Source: a virus. From it: 26,332 nucleotides of DNA. Made by a program: the position numbers and the translations under genes. A model generated the notes under the pieces. That model did not search any database, had not been told where the DNA came from, and worked only from the letters and a program-made list of their open reading frames with translations. This document shows positions 23,203-26,332 of this stretch, in pieces (positions within the stretch are counted from its first letter, which is position 1; each line of letters opens with the position of its first letter). The DNA lies in the IMG/VR virus record IMGVR_UViG_3300027279_000002; one strand, 5' to 3'.

Positions 23203-25095
23203 ATGGGGCTTTTTGATACTCTTTTTAATGCTTTCAGGAAACTAAAAACATCTTTAATGCTACCTTCCAGTGACATAGAAATATCGGCTGACTATGTTTT
23301 TAGGAATGCTTATTTCGTGGCTGGAGTAGAAGCAATAATTAGGGGTTTACAAAGACTAGAGGTAGAGGTGGTGAACGATAAAGGAGAAAAAACAAAAACA
23401 TTCCTGGATAACATAAACCTAAACGACTTACTTCGTGCTATTATTTACGACTTATACACCTATGGTAATGCTTATGTTTACATTATTAAAGTTGCTAATA
23501 AGATAACAAATCTTTTTTCTTTACCACCTTCAAAAGTGTTAATCAAAACCAACAATGATGGAACGGCTTTGTATGTTTTGGAAGGAAAGGAAATAAACGG
23601 TGAGGATATTTTACACTTTAAGCGTTTTATTCCAAACGAAGCCGACTACTACAGAACCATAAGAGGTGACAGCGTAACAAAAGGGATTGAAGACATGCTA
23701 AAACTAAACTACCTCATTAACTCATCACTAGCAATTAACTTTAAGCGAAACAATCTTCCATCCATTGCGTTAATAAATAAGCAACCAATACCAGCAAGCG
23801 AACGGGAAAGATTTATTGAGGACATGGAGCAAAAACTCATGGGGAATTATTCCTTTTTGTATTTGCAAGGCGACACCGAACTTAAGGAACTTGTAGCAAA
23901 GTTTCCCGAGTGGACTTTAACAGTGAAAGACAAGATAAGAGACGAAGTTTTGGCAGTTTTGGGAGTTCCAAGGCTTTTGGTGGGTGATACGGATAGCGTT
24001 AACTATGCTAATGCTAAACAGCAATATCAAGTCTTCTACACCGAGACGATAATACCACTTGCAAGGCTTTTGGAAGATGAGTTTAACAGTAAAATTTTTG
24101 GTAAACAAGGCTTAAGATTGCGTTTCAGGACTGATGCAATTGAGGTATTACAACAGGATATTAAAGAAAGAGCACAAGCAATGATGATACTTTGGCAAAT
24201 GGGTTATAGTGTTGAAGAGTTAGCCGAAATGTTTAACTTGCCAAAACCGAAGATTAGCGAAAATAACAAAACCAAAGAAGACACAAATGAAGAGAAAACA
24301 GATACTAACATCGTTATAAGGAAAACAATAGATAACATGATGCTAGAAGATGTTAGAATAAAAGCGTTTAACTTTCGTAAGAAGAGCGATAGAGAATTCT
24401 TTAATCTTATTACCAAACTAGTAGCCGAAAACATAAGAGAGTTTGACAGTGAAATGTTTAATAAAGTTCTTTCGGTTCTAAGGGGTGATATGAAACTAGC
24501 TGATTTTGAATACGAATTAGATAAATTTTTCCTAGACAGAAATAACGACTGGATAACAACAACCAAAGACTTTTACATTAAAAATACTTTTACGTTTTTA
24601 AAGGAAGTTCACAGAAAGCAAGTTCAGAAAGATATGTTTAGTTTGTTGGTGGATAATATCATTGACAGGCACGCAAAGAAAATAAAAAAGACAAATGAAA
24701 CGGTGAAAAGACAAATAAGAAACAAAATAAGCAATCTTCTAAACAGTTACGGAAGTGTAAGAGAGTTGAGCGATGAGATTGTAGAGAATATTAAATTATA
24801 CATCATAAAGCCATTCAAGAACCAAAGAGCCAGAGCGATGACAATAGCAAGAACGGAGTTAACAAGCGTAGTTGAAGATGTCAATTTTACCTATCATGAA
24901 GCATATGACTTCCAATACAAAATCTGGGTAACAGCTATGGACGAGGTAGTTAGGGAAAGTCATCAGCACTTAGATGGCATGAAAGTATGGATTGGTGAAG
25001 TGTTTCCTAATGGCTTAATGTATCCTGGAGACCCCCATGCGGTAGACCCAGGCGAGGTAATTAATTGTAGGTGCACGGTGATTTATGAGCCATAA
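23203..25095 (+). CDS. Portal protein fused to a C-terminal MuF/SPP1 gp7-like head morphogenesis domain
   Basis: Portal-like N-terminal part (YGNAYVYII, LAVLGVPRLLVGD). Lys/Glu/Thr-rich linker near 24238-24310. The C-terminus has IARTELTS, VRESHQHLDG, PGDPH and INCRCT, the MuF-type signature. Confidence 0.75.
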   Translation: MGLFDTLFNAFRKLKTSLMLPSSDIEISADYVFRNAYFVAGVEAIIRGLQRLEVEVVNDKGEKTKTFLDNINLNDLLRAIIYDLYTYGNAYVYIIKVANKITNLFSLPPSKVLIKTNNDGTALYVLEGKEINGEDILHFKRFIPNEADYYRTIRGDSVTKGIEDMLKLNYLINSSLAINFKRNNLPSIALINKQPIPASERERFIEDMEQKLMGNYSFLYLQGDTELKELVAKFPEWTLTVKDKIRDEVLAVLGVPRLLVGDTDSVNYANAKQQYQVFYTETIIPLARLLEDEFNSKIFGKQGLRLRFRTDAIEVLQQDIKERAQAMMILWQMGYSVEELAEMFNLPKPKISENNKTKEDTNEEKTDTNIVIRKTIDNMMLEDVRIKAFNFRKKSDREFFNLITKLVAENIREFDSEMFNKVLSVLRGDMKLADFEYELDKFFLDRNNDWITTTKDFYIKNTFTFLKEVHRKQVQKDMFSLLVDNIIDRHAKKIKKTNETVKRQIRNKISNLLNSYGSVRELSDEIVENIKLYIIKPFKNQRARAMTIARTELTSVVEDVNFTYHEAYDFQYKIWVTAMDEVVRESHQHLDGMKVWIGEVFPNGLMYPGDPHAVDPGEVINCRCTVIYEP

Positions 25096-25100
25096 AAACC

Positions 25101-25140
25101 AAGACTACTATATATATATACATAGAATATATGCACTGTG
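25101..25140 (+). promoter_or_regulatory. Conserved AT-rich element, copy 5
   Basis: AAGACTACTATATATATATACATAGAATATATGCACTGTG. Shares AGACTACTATA and CATAGAATATATGCA-N-TGT with copy 2. Lies upstream of the protease gene. Confidence 0.55.
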
Positions 25141-25180
25141 CAAAACAAATCATTTATCATTCTTGTTTAGGGGGTAAAAG

Positions 25181-26131
25181 ATGGCTAACAAACTAAACAA
25201 AAAGGGTTTTGAGTTTGCTAAAAAACTTATAAGCGAAGGTAAATACAAAATAACAAGCGAATGGGAACCACCAACACCTGAAGAGGAAAATGACTACATA
25301 GAGGAAAACGGTTGGGAGGCTTACAGTAAGTGGCACTTAGGCTATGATAGTGAAGTAGAAAACGACGAAACAAAAGCAAAATGGAAATATCCGTTTACAA
25401 GTGATTTTAAAAATGTTGATAGAAGGGGACTGATTGCGATAAGGCAAAGAGCAGGACAACAAGGGGATGATGACATCTTTGAAGCGGCGGGGAAATTACT
25501 AGAAATGATAGACGAAAAAGAAGGAAAAGAGTTTAAAGTTAACATAACTAAACAACAGGATAACACATTTACGGCTATTGCTAGTAAAGAGGTAGTGGAT
25601 AGGATGGGTGATATTGTTAAGATTGCGGGAATTAAAATAGATAACTACCTTAAAAACCCCGTTATTTTGTTTAATCACAATCCTGACAAAATAGTTGGCA
25701 AGTCGGTGGATGTCTTGAAGACAAACGATAGTTTAATTGTTAAAATTCAGTTTGCTAATACGCCTTTAGCACAAGAGATAAAAGAACTGGTGTCAGAGGG
25801 TTTTTTAAATACCCTTTCCATCGGTTTTATGCCACTACAGTATAAGCCAAATGAAAGCGGACAAGGAATGGTTTATGAAAGCGTAGAACTTTTGGAGATT
25901 TCCATTGTCTCCATTCCAGCCAACCCCGAAGCGGTGGTATTAAGATACTTGGAAGACAGGTTAAACGCAAGAGCAATAAAACTACAGAATGCAATATCGG
26001 AGGAGAAAATAAAGAAACTACAATACATTTACGACAGAATAAGAGAAGCAAATAAGAAAAACATTAATGAATACAAAGATAAAGTAATTTTAGAAAAGAT
26101 AAAAGAATTACATAAAAAATTAAAGCAATAA
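25181..26131 (+). CDS. Prohead protease (HK97 family) with an extra N-terminal domain and a C-terminal coiled coil
   Basis: GGGGGT SD. The core (VILFNHNPDKIVG, LSIGFMP, ISIVSIPANPEA) matches HK97-type S78 protease blocks. About 110 extra N-terminal residues and a Lys-rich helical tail. Confidence 0.75.
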   Translation: MANKLNKKGFEFAKKLISEGKYKITSEWEPPTPEEENDYIEENGWEAYSKWHLGYDSEVENDETKAKWKYPFTSDFKNVDRRGLIAIRQRAGQQGDDDIFEAAGKLLEMIDEKEGKEFKVNITKQQDNTFTAIASKEVVDRMGDIVKIAGIKIDNYLKNPVILFNHNPDKIVGKSVDVLKTNDSLIVKIQFANTPLAQEIKELVSEGFLNTLSIGFMPLQYKPNESGQGMVYESVELLEISIVSIPANPEAVVLRYLEDRLNARAIKLQNAISEEKIKKLQYIYDRIREANKKNINEYKDKVILEKIKELHKKLKQ

Positions 26132-26136
26132 AACCG

Positions 26137-26157
26137 TTTTAGCCGTGATGGCTAAAA
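26137..26157 (+). other. Hairpin between the protease and capsid genes
   Basis: TTTTAGCC (26137-26144), GTGAT loop, GGCTAAAA (26150-26157). No U-tract follows. Confidence 0.4.
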
Positions 26158-26201
26158 TGAGAAATAAAACAAAAACAAAAATTTTTAAAGGGGGTATGAA
26201 G

Positions 26202-26332
26202 ATGGATGAGGTTTTGAAAGAACTTGAAATTTTAACTGATGAAATAAAAGCCAAAACGAGCAAAATTGATGAATTTGAAAAGCAGTTAAATAGTGTTACC
26301 GAAGAGATAGCAAAAATAAAAACACTGACAAT
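26202..26332 (+). CDS. Major capsid protein, N-terminal fragment (continues at nt 1 of the window)
   Basis: ATG at 26202 preceded by AAGGGGGT SD. It reads MDEVLKELEILTDE..., in frame with the ORF at 9-1064 once the 127-nt overlap is collapsed. Confidence 0.8.
   Translation, partial: MDEVLKELEILTDEIKAKTSKIDEFEKQLNSVTEEIAKIKTLT
26206..26332. repeat. Terminal overlap, identical to 1-127
   Basis: Exact 127-nt identity with the window start. Confidence 0.95.

Noticed and set aside
1-26332. Lysogeny module, att sites, tRNA genes, toxin-antitoxin or known defence/anti-defence genes
   Set aside because: No integrase/recombinase motifs, repressor/Cro pair, cloverleaf-capable G/C-rich segments or recognisable defence domains were seen by eye. 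Absence cannot be proven without profile searches.

Overview
The window is a complete, circularly closed genome of a small tailed dsDNA phage with siphovirus-type gene order. Nt 1-127 are identical to nt 26206-26332, so the unit length is 26,205 bp, and the major capsid gene spans the junction (true ATG at 26202). The sequence is visibly AT-rich. Every credible gene is on the + strand, and most have strong GGAGG or GGGGGTG Shine-Dalgarno (SD) sites, often with ATGA or TAATG start/stop overlaps. Reading from the junction, the modules are: HK97-like capsid, connectors, tail tube, 1080-aa tape measure and two large tail-tip proteins (1-10213); a lysis cassette with a GH108 endolysin, an XhlA-like protein and a 2-TM holin-like protein (10273-11633); an accessory block with an HTH protein, a PD-(D/E)xK nuclease, a membrane protein with an outer-membrane beta-signal and a deoxyribosyltransferase-like protein (11608-13318); a 600-bp non-coding iteron/A-tract region with an all-AT core, which I read as an origin and early control region (13319-13912); early genes including a ParB-domain DNA methyltransferase fusion, small unknowns and an ERF/Rad52-like annealing protein (13913-19499); a translationally coupled ParB-like / methyltransferase-like / SplB-like radical SAM trio (19606-21528); and terS, terL, a portal fused to a MuF-like domain, and the prohead protease (21675-26131). 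I recognised no integrase, repressor, polymerase, helicase, tRNA or CRISPR array. The most interesting signals are the uncharacterised ParB/MTase/radical-SAM module next to the packaging genes, a five-copy conserved 30-40 bp AT-rich element marking late operon starts (one copy inverted, one inside a gene), the origin-like repeat field, and tandem 22-bp palindromes inside an HTH gene. All functional calls come from motif recognition by eye and from gene order. No database search was run.
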